Source of the DNA: Candidatus Velthaea sp.
GTDB taxonomy: Bacteria; Vulcanimicrobiota; Vulcanimicrobiia; Vulcanimicrobiales; Vulcanimicrobiaceae
Direction: 5' to 3'
DNA length: 64,000 bases
Assembly: GCA_965214935.1 (NCBI GenBank)
Contig: CBDCCS010000011.1
Location: 96,001-160,000 of the forward strand
The notes under the pieces were generated by a model. It was given only the letters and a program-made list of their open reading frames with translations, was not told the origin of the DNA and ran no database searches. The stretch's first letter is position 1, and each line of letters begins with the position of its first letter. Below, in pieces: positions 1 to 9,565 of the stretch. The translations under genes and the position numbers were made by a program.

Positions 1-310
1 CGAATTGCGTCATTACCGCAACGTCTTGTTTACTGCGAAATGCATGTGCGACGACTGCTTCGCAAGCTGCTGAGAAAACGCTCATCGTCGATGCCGCATC
101 CGGCGCACGTGCGATGGAATGCAGCCATTCGCGTGCATAGGCCCGGTTACCGACGACCGCAGCGTCGATGACGGCCAGACAGATTGCGACGGTCTTGCGC
201 GCCCAGTCCATCGAATGGAAGTGCGCCGTCGGAATACGCGTTAGAGCATCGGTCGCAGCCGTATCGACGGAGTGTAAACCTGCCCGCACCGGTCGTACAT
301 TAGAAAACAT
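1..310 (-). CDS. Hypothetical protein, partial (runs off left edge), MFSNVRPVRAGLHSVDTAATDALTRIPTAHF...
   Basis: ATG at 310 with AGAGAG purine tract upstream; frame open for 103 codons to the window edge; absent from ORF track because no stop is in the window. Confidence 0.6.
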   Translation of the reverse strand, partial: MFSNVRPVRAGLHSVDTAATDALTRIPTAHFHSMDWARKTVAICLAVIDAAVVGNRAYAREWLHSIARAPDAASTMSVFSAACEAVVAHAFRSKQDVAVMTQF

Positions 311-360
311 GTCTGTGCTCTCTTTACAGCCGCTAGCGGAACCGAAAAGCAGCTTCTAAG

Positions 361-429
361 TTAGCCGCAGGCCGGCGGCAAATGCATGGCGATCGCGATG
401 ATGTTTGCAACGTGCACGAGCAATTCCAT
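361..429 (-). CDS. Small 22-aa peptide, copy B (MELLVHVANIIAIAMHLPPACG)
   Basis: Manual translation; AAGGACGG SD-like motif upstream; paralogue at 501-569 differs mostly at synonymous sites. Confidence 0.85.
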   Translation of the reverse strand: MELLVHVANIIAIAMHLPPACG

Positions 430-500
430 TGTCGCCGTCCTTGAGTGAAAAGTGAGAACGTCGTAACGCCGTATTGGGCTGAGCCGGACGTTCGCCGAGG

Positions 501-569
501 TTAGCCGCAGGCGGGCGGCAGATGCATGGCGATCGCGACGATGTTGGCGATATGCATGAGCAGTTCCAT
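501..569 (-). CDS. Small 22-aa peptide, copy A (MELLMHIANIVAIAMHLPPACG)
   Basis: Manual translation; TAGGACGG SD-like motif upstream; 60/69 nt identical to 361-429. Confidence 0.85.
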   Translation of the reverse strand: MELLMHIANIVAIAMHLPPACG

Positions 570-668
570 AATAACCGTCCTATCGTTTACGTGTGGCGGA
601 AAGGCCGTCGAGCGATTCCTTACACATATCTTAAGCGGTTTTACCAAAACTCTACATACCGGCTTTCA

Positions 669-763
669 GGTAAACCCGGGTGTGAAGGTGGACGCAGGTC
701 GCATCTCGTCACGAACCGGCCGGCGCTTACAAAGCGCTTAACGATTGAGCCGGGTAAACCCGG
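669..763. promoter_or_regulatory. Two copies of GGTAAACCCGG (669-679, 753-763); putative regulator-binding sites
   Basis: Exact 11-bp repeat; second copy lies in the palindrome CCGGGT-AA-ACCCGG (750-763); upstream of the peptide genes. Confidence 0.45.
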
Positions 764-815
764 TTATTTGCCGATGCGCGGGCGGACGGTTAGCCGAAAA
801 AAGCGATACTGCGGA

Positions 816-3443
816 CTACGCGTCGATACGTTCGTCGCAGCGTTTTTCTTCGAGCCATCCATGGGTGCGTGCATACACCAACGCTTCGGCGCGACTGACA
901 CAACCGAGCTTTTTATAGATCGATTTCAACTGCGCTTCGATGGTGTGCGGCGATTTGCCGAGATAGCCCGCGACCGCGAGCGTATTTGCGCCGTTGCGAA
1001 AAGCACGCAGCGTTCGAATTTCCGCGGGCGTCAAGCCGCCGACCGTCGTACCTTTGCCGACGATCATCTCGAACAAACGGCCGTAACCGCCCCAGCCGTA
1101 CGTCTCGAGACTCGCCAGCGACGCGCGCAAGACGGCCGGTGGCGTAAGGTGCCGTTGATGCGAACAGATCTCGATCGCCGCGGCGAACAAGATGCGATCG
1201 TTTTCGGCGACCGCGCCTTCGTCGAAACGGTGCATACGTCGCGCCTGCGCGTTGCGATCGTGACACCAAAGTGCGATCCCGCGCGTAACACGCGCAAGAT
1301 TGAGGTAGCGACGGCTCACGAAATCGCCCGTCGCCTCGAAAAGCAGCGGTGACTTGAGCATGGCGAGGCTCTCGTCGCGCCGATCGGCTAAAAATAACAG
1401 CAGCGCGAGCATCGACTCGCGTAACGCACGTTCGGCTCCGCTTAGCTCGGCGATGTCGATGACCGACAGCGTGCTGATGGCTTTGGCGAGTTGACCGCGG
1501 ATTGCTTGAGCGAGCGCGCGAGCGTTACGCGCCGGAAACGATGTGCGGAACGTGCGCACATCGTGAAAGCGGTTGAGCTGCGCGTCGGCGGTATCGAACG
1601 CGAACGCATCGCCGCGATATGCGTGCAAAACATACTCGCCGCGCAATCCGTACGCCGTCAGACCGTTATCGCCCGCGCGATCGCCGTTGAGAAAGGTCAT
1701 TCGCGCGTGACTTAGAGCGATGCGCGAGTCGATTTCGGTCAGCGAAGTAACGCTGTAGAGCACGCTGTGTGCCGCTGCGGCGTAATACCACATGTTGAGT
1801 TCGGTGGCGAGTTGTGCTGCGTCGCGAGCGAACGCGGCCGCCGACCGCAGATCGCCCAGATAGTAGGCAGTGAAGCTCAGCCGTTGCTGAATTCGCGCGC
1901 GCGCCGCCGGTTCGACCGTACCAAGATCCGCCAGAATCCCTTCGATCATCTGGCGTGCGGCGTCGGCACGCAATGCGGTCGCCAATGCCGCCGCTAGACT
2001 CGAGCGAAGCTCGATCCGGTCGGCGAACGGAACGGCCGGATCGGCGACGAGCGGCTCGAGGATCGAAACCGCGAGGTCGCCCTCGCCGCGATTGAGATAC
2101 GCGGTCGCTAAACGGCGGCCGGTTTCGATCCGCATCGCGGGTGGCAATCCGCGCTCGTGCGCGTAAATGAATAGCGCCTCGGCGTTGCTCGTGTTTCCGT
2201 CGGCATAACTGAGAACGCCGCGCAACGCCATGACAGCGGGATGATTGCCCAGACCTTTCTCGCTTAAAAATTGCAGCGCTCGGGCAACGACTGCGCGATG
2301 ACCGCGTTCGATCAGCGGAAATCCGGCGCCGGCAAGGAGACCGATGACGCGCTGGTCGTCGCCGCCGGCGATGAGCACTTGCAATGCCTCAGCTTGCCGG
2401 CCGTGCAAAATCAGGCCCGTCGCGAGCCGTTCGCGTAAAGCAGCGAGCTTCGCCGGCTGGCGCCGGATTGTCTTATGAATGAATTCGGCGAACAGATCGT
2501 GCAACGCATACCCGCCTTCGAGCGTGCGTTGCACGAACGGAATAGCATTGTGCGCGCGTTCGAGCAACATTTCGGCGCCGACGAACCCGGCGGCACTCAG
2601 CACGTCCGAATTTGTCACCGGTAAGAGCGCGCAGGCAAAGATCGTTTCCCGAATTTCGTCGGCAACGTGCGGCCACAGCTCGAGTTCGATTTGAGAAAAG
2701 AGCACTTCGCGCGTCCGGATTTGCAGCGGTGCTATCGAACGCGTGCGATCCCATAATTGGAGCGCGAGATGGATGGCCATCGGCCAGCCGCCGGAGTCGG
2801 CAACGATCAAGCGCAACATATCGCGCTCGATATTGACCCCGCGCGCGACGGCCAGACCAACGGCTTCATCGAGCGTAAATGCGAGATCGTCGTCGGTGAT
2901 CGGCAGGGCCATCGTCCCGCGTGCGATCCACGTGCCGATCGGCAGCGCGGGGACCTCTCGGCTAGCGGCGATCCAGCGCACGTACGTTGCAGTCAATTCG
3001 ATGATGCGGGCGAGGAACGCAATGGCTTGCGGATCGCCGAAGCTGCGGTGCAAATCATCGATAACGATCGTGCCGTCGAAAAGCCGCAGGCGACGCGCCA
3101 TCCATTCAATGACGTGCTCGAAATTTTTCGGCGCACCCGATCCGTCGAAAAGCGCCGGAACCGATGCGATATGATCCGGAACCGCGGCGACCGTCAGCAA
3201 ACGGACGAGGTCTTCTAAGCGAGCAGATGCCGGCAGTTCGATCCAGCGGAACGACGGATCGTCATCGATCGTATCGCGCAGGCCGATCGTTTTCCCGTAA
3301 CCGGGCGGTGCAATGAGCAGCGACACGGCGCCGCTCTTCAACGCCGACCGCACGAGTGTGGCCACGCGTTCGCGACGCAGCGACATCGCACGCGTCGCAG
3401 TTCGGACGGCTAACGGTTCGACGCCGACGTAAGCCGGATGCAT
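816..3443 (-). CDS. MalT-like ATP-dependent LuxR-family transcriptional regulator (ATPase, helical/TPR-like region, LuxR HTH)
   Basis: Walker A APPGYGKT, Walker B IVIDDLH, GWP motif, C-terminal LTPAE...SIYKKLGCVSRAEA HTH; 875 aa. Confidence 0.9.
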   Translation of the reverse strand: MHPAYVGVEPLAVRTATRAMSLRRERVATLVRSALKSGAVSLLIAPPGYGKTIGLRDTIDDDPSFRWIELPASARLEDLVRLLTVAAVPDHIASVPALFDGSGAPKNFEHVIEWMARRLRLFDGTIVIDDLHRSFGDPQAIAFLARIIELTATYVRWIAASREVPALPIGTWIARGTMALPITDDDLAFTLDEAVGLAVARGVNIERDMLRLIVADSGGWPMAIHLALQLWDRTRSIAPLQIRTREVLFSQIELELWPHVADEIRETIFACALLPVTNSDVLSAAGFVGAEMLLERAHNAIPFVQRTLEGGYALHDLFAEFIHKTIRRQPAKLAALRERLATGLILHGRQAEALQVLIAGGDDQRVIGLLAGAGFPLIERGHRAVVARALQFLSEKGLGNHPAVMALRGVLSYADGNTSNAEALFIYAHERGLPPAMRIETGRRLATAYLNRGEGDLAVSILEPLVADPAVPFADRIELRSSLAAALATALRADAARQMIEGILADLGTVEPAARARIQQRLSFTAYYLGDLRSAAAFARDAAQLATELNMWYYAAAAHSVLYSVTSLTEIDSRIALSHARMTFLNGDRAGDNGLTAYGLRGEYVLHAYRGDAFAFDTADAQLNRFHDVRTFRTSFPARNARALAQAIRGQLAKAISTLSVIDIAELSGAERALRESMLALLLFLADRRDESLAMLKSPLLFEATGDFVSRRYLNLARVTRGIALWCHDRNAQARRMHRFDEGAVAENDRILFAAAIEICSHQRHLTPPAVLRASLASLETYGWGGYGRLFEMIVGKGTTVGGLTPAEIRTLRAFRNGANTLAVAGYLGKSPHTIEAQLKSIYKKLGCVSRAEALVYARTHGWLEEKRCDERIDA

Positions 3444-3883
3444 TAGGCTGCAGCCGGCGCTTTGTAAAAGAAAATCTCCGGATCGCCCGGATCGAGATTC
3501 TCAACTTTACCGCTGCGCACGTAACCGCAATCCCGCAGCAACGCGTGCATTGCGGTATTCGACTCATTGGTCGAGGTGAACAGCGCTTCGCCGGGACAGG
3601 CGCCGGCGAATGCGCGGAGCAACCAAGACGCGATACCACGCCGCCGAAACGCCGGCTTGACGCCCAGCAGCCACACGAACGGCCGGGCGAAAAACGCCCG
3701 ATCCCAGATCATGTAGCCGGCCATCGATCCGTCGCAAAACGCCCCTACAACGTTGCGCCGGCCGAACGAATCAACGATGAACGGACGTTTCGCAGCAATA
3801 TGACCGGTGCTGCACGCAACGATTGCATCGGCCTCACTCGCCGCGAGCGCTCGCAGTTCGATTCGGCCGGCAAGTAAACTCAC
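3443..3883 (-). CDS. GNAT-family acetyltransferase
   Basis: Acetyl-CoA motif VKPAFRRRGIAS and STNESN..M..L...GY; GTG start at 3883 inferred; stop overlaps the regulator ATG (TAATG). Confidence 0.85.
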   Translation of the reverse strand: MSLLAGRIELRALAASEADAIVACSTGHIAAKRPFIVDSFGRRNVVGAFCDGSMAGYMIWDRAFFARPFVWLLGVKPAFRRRGIASWLLRAFAGACPGEALFTSTNESNTAMHALLRDCGYVRSGKVENLDPGDPEIFFYKAPAAA

Positions 3884-4215
3884 GCGACGCCGACGGAATT
3901 GGCGTTTTGTCGACGCCGAACGTTCCGGCATCGTCCATATCCATTCTGTTGTATGCGCTTCGTCTTTACGTTTTTCGTCGTTGAATCCCACTCGACACAG
4001 CAGCCTGTCTTCACCTGACGAACGACCGAGGAGTGTAAATTTTCCGTAAGGCCGCCGTCGGCCGATGAACGAACCGTCCGGTCATTGGATGATAGGCTTC
4101 TTAAAGCAGCGCTCAAGCGCTTTTACTGACGACCTAACCGTTTTGGTAGTTCCCTCGGCAACCGGCACCGGTCGCTAAGCGCGTCGGACCGCTCGGATGC
4201 GGGCCGCGTAGCGGC

Positions 4216-5073
4216 TCAGCGCAGAGCAGTTGTTTGCGTGGAATACCGGCTGGCCGCCGGCAACGCTACCGCTTTCGCTTCGTTTGCAGAGAACCGGCCG
4301 AATAAGCCGGGCGCCGAGGCAAAGAGCGACTGCAAATCTTCAATCCGATGACTATCGGTCGGATGGTCCGACAGCATTTCCATCTGGCCGCCGGTGTCCG
4401 CTTTCTCGAATTGCTCGAAGAGCCAAATCATCCCGTACGGGTTTGAGCCGGCCTGCGCGCATGTTTGCGCGCCTTTACGATCGGCAGCGCTCTCAACTTC
4501 GCGCGAATACCCTTGCGTTACCGCGGTGAGACCGATGCTCGCTAACGGATTTATGATCGAATCCGCGCGTGCGCCCAGCAATAGTTGTGCGGCAAGTGCG
4601 CCGATTTGAGCGGTCGTTTGCGCGCGCTGAGCTTTGGCCATGTTGTTAACGACGTCGTGATGGATATCGTGCGATGTCTCGTGACATAGCACGCCGGCAA
4701 GTTCGTCGCGATTCTTGACGAACTTCATCAAGGAATCCGTCACGTACACGTTTCCGCCCGGTACGGCAAAGGCGTTCGGTTGTGCTTCGTGCACGAGGAT
4801 GAAGTGAAACGGAAACGTGTACTGAGGATCCGCGATCGCTTTAATTTGGCGCGCAATCGGATTGAGGATGCCGTAATAACGCGACGCCGGAATGATTTCG
4901 CCCTTACCGGACAACTCGCTGTACACTTGGCGTCCGATTTGTGTTTCCTGGTCGCTATCGGCTGCAGCGCGAACGGCACTCGTCGTTAGAACGAGCACCG
5001 CCGTTAGCAGCCCGGCCGCGACCGGTCGCGTGCATTGTCGCAATTGCGCTTGAATCTGCGCGATGATGTTCAC
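4216..5073 (-). CDS. M48-family zinc metalloprotease, exported
   Basis: PNAFAVPGG, HETSH (HExxH), YSREVE..AD, SDHP motifs; signal-like N-terminus; the longer track ORF overlaps tRNAs so the start is set at GTG 5073. Confidence 0.85.
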   Translation of the reverse strand: MNIIAQIQAQLRQCTRPVAAGLLTAVLVLTTSAVRAAADSDQETQIGRQVYSELSGKGEIIPASRYYGILNPIARQIKAIADPQYTFPFHFILVHEAQPNAFAVPGGNVYVTDSLMKFVKNRDELAGVLCHETSHDIHHDVVNNMAKAQRAQTTAQIGALAAQLLLGARADSIINPLASIGLTAVTQGYSREVESAADRKGAQTCAQAGSNPYGMIWLFEQFEKADTGGQMEMLSDHPTDSHRIEDLQSLFASAPGLFGRFSANEAKAVALPAASRYSTQTTALR

Positions 5074-5168
5074 GCCGTTACAACGTTGGCACGGCGTCGA
5101 AAATTTCGGCCGCGCGCCCGGCACAGGATGGCTTTGCAAGCGAAACGAAAGCGTCGGACGCCGGTAGC

Positions 5169-5242
5169 GCGGGTGTGATGTAATGGTAGCCTGCGACCTT
5201 CCCAAGGTTGATGCGCGGGTTCGATTCCCGCCACCCGCTCCA
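5169..5242 (+). tRNA. tRNA-Gly (CCC)
   Basis: GCGGGTG acceptor stem, anticodon loop TTCCCAA, GGTTCGATT T-loop, encoded CCA. Confidence 0.95.
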
Positions 5243-5257
5243 GACTCCGAAGACCGG

Positions 5258-5331
5258 GGCGACATAGCCAAGTGGTAAGGCAGAGCTCTGCAAAAGCTCC
5301 ATCCCCAGTTCGAATCTGGGTGTCGCCTCCA
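5258..5331 (+). tRNA. tRNA-Cys (GCA)
   Basis: GGCGACA/TGTCGCC acceptor stem, anticodon loop CTGCAAA, GTTCGAAT T-loop, encoded CCA. Confidence 0.95.
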
Positions 5332-5415
5332 AATTCGGTTCCGCGGCGGACCGGCGTCGCCGTGCCGTTGCACTGAACGATGAGCCCGCAAGTGTTGCGC
5401 AGAACGCAGCGCACA

Positions 5416-6195
5416 ATGCTTGCCAAGCGGATCGTGCCGTGTTTGGACATAAAAAACGGACGCGTCGTCAAAGGCGTCCGTTTTGTCGGACTCGCCGATG
5501 CAGGAGATCCGGTCGAACTTGCTCGCGGCTACGAAGCGGCCGGCGCCGATGAACTCGTGTTTCTCGATATCACGGCCACGGTCGAAGGCCGCGGAGCGAC
5601 GCTTGCCGTCGTGCGAGCTGTCGCGGCCGAGTTGACGATTCCGTTCGCGGTCGGCGGCGGCGTGCAGAGCGTTGCCGACATCAACGCACTCTTGCGCGCC
5701 GGGTGCGATAAGGTGAGCGTCAATTCGGCGGCATTGCGGCGGCCCGAACTCATCGCCGAGGCCGCTCGGATCTTCGGCAACCAGTGCATCGTCGTTGCGA
5801 TCGACGCGCGGGCGGCCGGCGATGGGTTCGAGGTCGTCGTCGACGGCGGCCGGACGCCGACGGGCCGTGACGCCGTGGAATGGGCGCGTAGCGTGCAAGA
5901 CCTCGGTGCCGGCGAACTGCTTCTGACGAGCATCGATCGCGACGGTACGCGTGCGGGATTCGATCTCGCCCTCGTCCGCGCCGTGCGAGATGCGGTCGAT
6001 TTGCCGATCGTTGCATCGGGCGGCGCCGGATCGATTGCCGACTTTGCCGACGTCTTCATTCTGGCTGAAGCGGATGCAGCGTTAGCGGCTTCGCTTTTTC
6101 ACTTCGGAGAACTTCGCATCGCAACGCTCAAAGACGGACTGGCCGATCGCGGCATCCACGTACGCCGCGAGTGCGTCGCCCCGATGCACACGTGA
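5416..6195 (+). CDS. hisF: Imidazole glycerol phosphate synthase cyclase subunit
   Basis: [39 protein letters not shown] motifs. Confidence 0.97.
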   Translation: MLAKRIVPCLDIKNGRVVKGVRFVGLADAGDPVELARGYEAAGADELVFLDITATVEGRGATLAVVRAVAAELTIPFAVGGGVQSVADINALLRAGCDKVSVNSAALRRPELIAEAARIFGNQCIVVAIDARAAGDGFEVVVDGGRTPTGRDAVEWARSVQDLGAGELLLTSIDRDGTRAGFDLALVRAVRDAVDLPIVASGGAGSIADFADVFILAEADAALAASLFHFGELRIATLKDGLADRGIHVRRECVAPMHT

Positions 6196-6833
6196 CGCAG
6201 CTCTCGGCTTTGCAGTGGCCGTCCGCAGGGCTCTTGCCCGTCATCATCGTCGACGATCGCAGCGGCGCGGTCCTCACCTTGGCGTATACCGATCGCGAGG
6301 CGCTCGAGCGAACGTTGACGACACGCTCGACCTGGCTCTTTAGCCGGTCGCGAAACAAACTCTGGAATAAGGGCGCAACGTCCGGTAACACGCAGCGCGT
6401 CGTTACCGTCGATATCGACTGCGACGGCGACACGCTCATGTATCGAGTCGTTCCGAATGGTCCGGCTTGTCACACCGGCGCGCAGGCGTGCTTCGCGCCG
6501 GCCGTTCGCTTCGAGGGCGAGGCTGCGACGCGCAGCGCGAGCTTTGCTACCGTGCTTGGCGAACTTGCGGCGGTGATCGCGCAACGCAAGCGCGAACCGG
6601 TCGCCGGGAGCTACACGGCATCGCTCTTTGCCGGCGGAGTCGACCGCATCGGGAAAAAAATCGGTGAAGAAGCAACCGAGGTTGTGATTGCCGCCAAAAA
6701 CACCGATCGTCGCGAACTGATCTGGGAGACCGCGGATCTGCTGTATCATACGCTCGTCATGCTGGCGCAACGCGACATCGCACTCGATGAGGTCGGCGCC
6801 GAATTAGCGCGACGCGCAGCGCCGGCGACCTAA
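6192..6833 (+). CDS. hisIE: Bifunctional phosphoribosyl-AMP cyclohydrolase / phosphoribosyl-ATP diphosphatase
   Basis: [37 protein letters not shown]. Confidence 0.95.
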   Translation: MTQLSALQWPSAGLLPVIIVDDRSGAVLTLAYTDREALERTLTTRSTWLFSRSRNKLWNKGATSGNTQRVVTVDIDCDGDTLMYRVVPNGPACHTGAQACFAPAVRFEGEAATRSASFATVLGELAAVIAQRKREPVAGSYTASLFAGGVDRIGKKIGEEATEVVIAAKNTDRRELIWETADLLYHTLVMLAQRDIALDEVGAELARRAAPAT

Positions 6834-8854
6834 CGTCACTGGCCGGAGTCGGGCCCGAACTCGCGCGCCGATTTGCCGAACTCGATATCGAAACGGTCGA
6901 CGATCTGTTGGGATACTTGCCGCGTGCGTATCGCGATTGGCGCGTGCCCGCGCCGATCGCGACGCTCGAGCCGGGCGAGGCGCTCGTGGTCGGTACGATC
7001 GTGCAGGTACGCGAACGTCCGGGCCGGGCACCGCTGATCTCCGTCGATGTTGCGGACGGCAGTGGAAGCATCGCCGCCAAGTGGTTCGGCCGGCGCCATC
7101 TATTTGGTAAATTCTCCGCCGGCGAGCGGATCTTCGTCGCCGGCCGCGTTGCTTGGGCCGGACGTGCGCTGGAACTCAACGTCAGCGAGCATCGCATTCT
7201 GGCCGAAGGCGAAGCCTATCGCGGCGAGATGGTGCCGGTCTACGGCGCGACCAAGGACTTGACGTCGCGCCAGATTCGCACCGTTATCGCGAAGAACTTC
7301 GCTACGCTCGTTGCGCGCCGGACCGACGCGCTGCCCGCGGCGCTCGCGCAGCGCCTTGATTTTCCGCCGTTAGCGCAAGCGTGGCAGGCCGTTCACGCAC
7401 CGCGGACGCCCGACGACGTGGCCGGTGGCCGGCGCCGCATCGTGTTCGAGGAGTTTTTCGGCATCGCGCTCGCGGCAGCGCTCAAGCGCGCTCGGCGCGA
7501 AGCTGCCGGCGGCGCACCGCCGCTCCCGGCGGCACCGGACTTGTGGCCGGAGTTCCGCGCGCAGCTTCCGTTTGCGCCGACGCATGCGCAGCAGCGCGTC
7601 ATCGACGCCATCTGGAGCGACATGGCGCGTTCCGCACCGATGAACCGCTTATTGCAAGGTGATGTAGGGAGCGGCAAGACGCTCGTGGCGGCCGCGGCGA
7701 TCGTGCTTGCCCATAGCGGCGGAATGCAAAGCGCTCTGATGGCGCCGACCGAGATTCTTGCCGCGCAACATGCAGCGAAACTCGCACCGCTGCTGCAGCC
7801 GTTCGGCATCGCCGTCGAGGCGGTCTTCGGCAGTCTCGGCGCGCGCGAACGGCGGCAGGCGAACGATCGAATCCGCTCGGGCGAAGCTGCGTTGGCCGTC
7901 GGAACGCATGCCTTGCTCACCGACAGCGTCAAGTTTGCCCGCCTGGGCTTTGTCGTTATCGACGAGCAGCATCGTTTCGGCGTCGCGCAGCGCGCGCGCC
8001 TGCGGGGCAAAGCAATCGCTCCGCATACGTTGTACATGACGGCGACGCCGATTCCGCGCACGCTCGCTCAAACGCGCTACGCGGATCTCGATCTGTCGGT
8101 CATCGATGAATTGCCGCCCGGCCGGACGGCAATCGAGACGTACGTTCTACGTGCCACCCGCACGGCGCAAGCCTATGAATTCGTGCGTAAAAACGTTGCG
8201 CTCGGACGGCAAGCGTATATCGTCGCACCGGCGATCGACGCAAGTGAAACGGCATTGACCGGTGCACTTGGCGAAGCGCAGCGCGTCGCTCGCGACGTCT
8301 TTCCCGAGTTGCACGTCGACGTGTTGCACGGTAAGCTGCCGGCGCAAACCAAAGCCGCCGTGATGCGACGCTTCAACGACGGAGAAATCGACGTGCTCGT
8401 TGCAACGACGGTCGTCGAAGTCGGCGTCGACGTTCCGAATGCGAGCGTGATGGTTATCCTCGATGCGCACCGTTACGGACTTGCACAGTTGCATCAGCTG
8501 CGCGGTCGTGTCGGACGCGGTGTCGAGCGCTCGTATTGTCTGCTGATCGCACCCGACGATTCCGATGCAATCGAACGGCTCGAGATCGTCGCCGGAACGA
8601 CCGATGGATTTATCATCGCGCAAGAAGATCTGCGGTTGCGCCGTGAAGGCGAATTTGCGGGAACGGCGCAAGCCGGAGCGGGGCTCGGGACGGTCGGCAG
8701 CATCGTCGCCGACTTCGAGCTGTACATGCAAGCGAAAGCGGAGGCCGATGCAATCGTTGCCCGAGATCCCGACTTCCAGGCGCCTGAAAATCGCCGGCTA
8801 CCGGTGCTTGTCGACTCGGTCGCCGCTGCACGCGCGATGCTGGTGACGTCATGA
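6830..8854 (+). CDS. recG: ATP-dependent DNA helicase RecG (start codon uncertain)
   Basis: [37 protein letters not shown]; RecG-like N-terminus [20 protein letters not shown] lies upstream of the first canonical start (6908). Confidence 0.93.
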   Translation, partial: LTSLAGVGPELARRFAELDIETVDDLLGYLPRAYRDWRVPAPIATLEPGEALVVGTIVQVRERPGRAPLISVDVADGSGSIAAKWFGRRHLFGKFSAGERIFVAGRVAWAGRALELNVSEHRILAEGEAYRGEMVPVYGATKDLTSRQIRTVIAKNFATLVARRTDALPAALAQRLDFPPLAQAWQAVHAPRTPDDVAGGRRRIVFEEFFGIALAAALKRARREAAGGAPPLPAAPDLWPEFRAQLPFAPTHAQQRVIDAIWSDMARSAPMNRLLQGDVGSGKTLVAAAAIVLAHSGGMQSALMAPTEILAAQHAAKLAPLLQPFGIAVEAVFGSLGARERRQANDRIRSGEAALAVGTHALLTDSVKFARLGFVVIDEQHRFGVAQRARLRGKAIAPHTLYMTATPIPRTLAQTRYADLDLSVIDELPPGRTAIETYVLRATRTAQAYEFVRKNVALGRQAYIVAPAIDASETALTGALGEAQRVARDVFPELHVDVLHGKLPAQTKAAVMRRFNDGEIDVLVATTVVEVGVDVPNASVMVILDAHRYGLAQLHQLRGRVGRGVERSYCLLIAPDDSDAIERLEIVAGTTDGFIIAQEDLRLRREGEFAGTAQAGAGLGTVGSIVADFELYMQAKAEADAIVARDPDFQAPENRRLPVLVDSVAAARAMLVTS

Positions 8855-9540
8855 GCGGGACGCTTGCGGTCGGCTTCGACTTCGATCATACGCTAGGCTT
8901 GGACAACGGTCTGGAGACGACGGCATTTTACCGTTTAGGCGCGGCGCTGGGCCATTCGTTAAGCGAACGCGATACCGAGTGGTCAAGTACGATCGCCGCG
9001 GCATTGCACGAGTTTCGCGCCGGTCTCATTACCCTCGACGACGCGGTTGCGCGGTTCGTCACGCGGCTCGAACTCGACTCGCCCAAAGATTGCGGCACGC
9101 AGTACCGTGAGATTTGTTACTCGCTCGTCGACGAACTCGTCACGCCGATCGACGGCGCGCACGAGATCGTCGCAGCGTTGGCCCAGCGCGACATTCCGAC
9201 GGCGATTTTGACCAACGGCTGGAGTCCGCTGCAATCGCTTAAAATCGCACGTGCACTCGATTACTCCGGCACGATTTTAGTCAGCGACTCGATCGGCGTA
9301 CTCAAGCCGCACCCCGCAGCGTTCGCGGCGCTCGTCGATACGCTGGGCGTGGCACCCGAACGGATCTGGTTCGTCGGCGACAACCCGACCACGGATATCT
9401 TGGGCGCCCAAGCCGCCGGCATGCACGGCGTCTGGTTCGATTGGGAGAATCTCGCCTATCCGGCCGACGCGCCGCATCCCGAGTTTCATATTCGGCATCT
9501 CAACGAGCTGCTCGACGTGCTGCGGGGCTCGGTGATTTAG
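8851..9540 (+). CDS. HAD-family hydrolase
   Basis: FDFDHTL motif I, LTNG, KP, VGDN...DI. Confidence 0.9.
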   Translation: MSGTLAVGFDFDHTLGLDNGLETTAFYRLGAALGHSLSERDTEWSSTIAAALHEFRAGLITLDDAVARFVTRLELDSPKDCGTQYREICYSLVDELVTPIDGAHEIVAALAQRDIPTAILTNGWSPLQSLKIARALDYSGTILVSDSIGVLKPHPAAFAALVDTLGVAPERIWFVGDNPTTDILGAQAAGMHGVWFDWENLAYPADAPHPEFHIRHLNELLDVLRGSVI

Positions 9541-9565
9541 AACGAGAACGGCTGGGCCTAGTTCG

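Noticed and set aside
361..569. CRISPR array or mobile-element repeat interpretation of the duplicated 69-mer
   Set aside because: Only two copies, too long for CRISPR repeats, differences follow codon structure, and no cas or transposase gene is present
522..1352. 276-aa plus-strand ORF (and 526-741)
   Set aside because: Antisense to the LuxR regulator and peptide gene, with no recognisable motifs; the conservation pattern of the repeat fits the minus-strand frame
3880..4116. 78-aa minus-strand ORF whose stop overlaps the GNAT start
   Set aside because: No SD or recognisable domain; the overlap may be chance
5169..5331. tRNA pair as an integration site
   Set aside because: No integrase and no duplicated tRNA 3' end seen in the window
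5074..5898. N-terminal extension of the 560-aa track ORF 4216-5898
   Set aside because: Overlaps two tRNAs and hisF on the opposite strand; only the M48 part is credible
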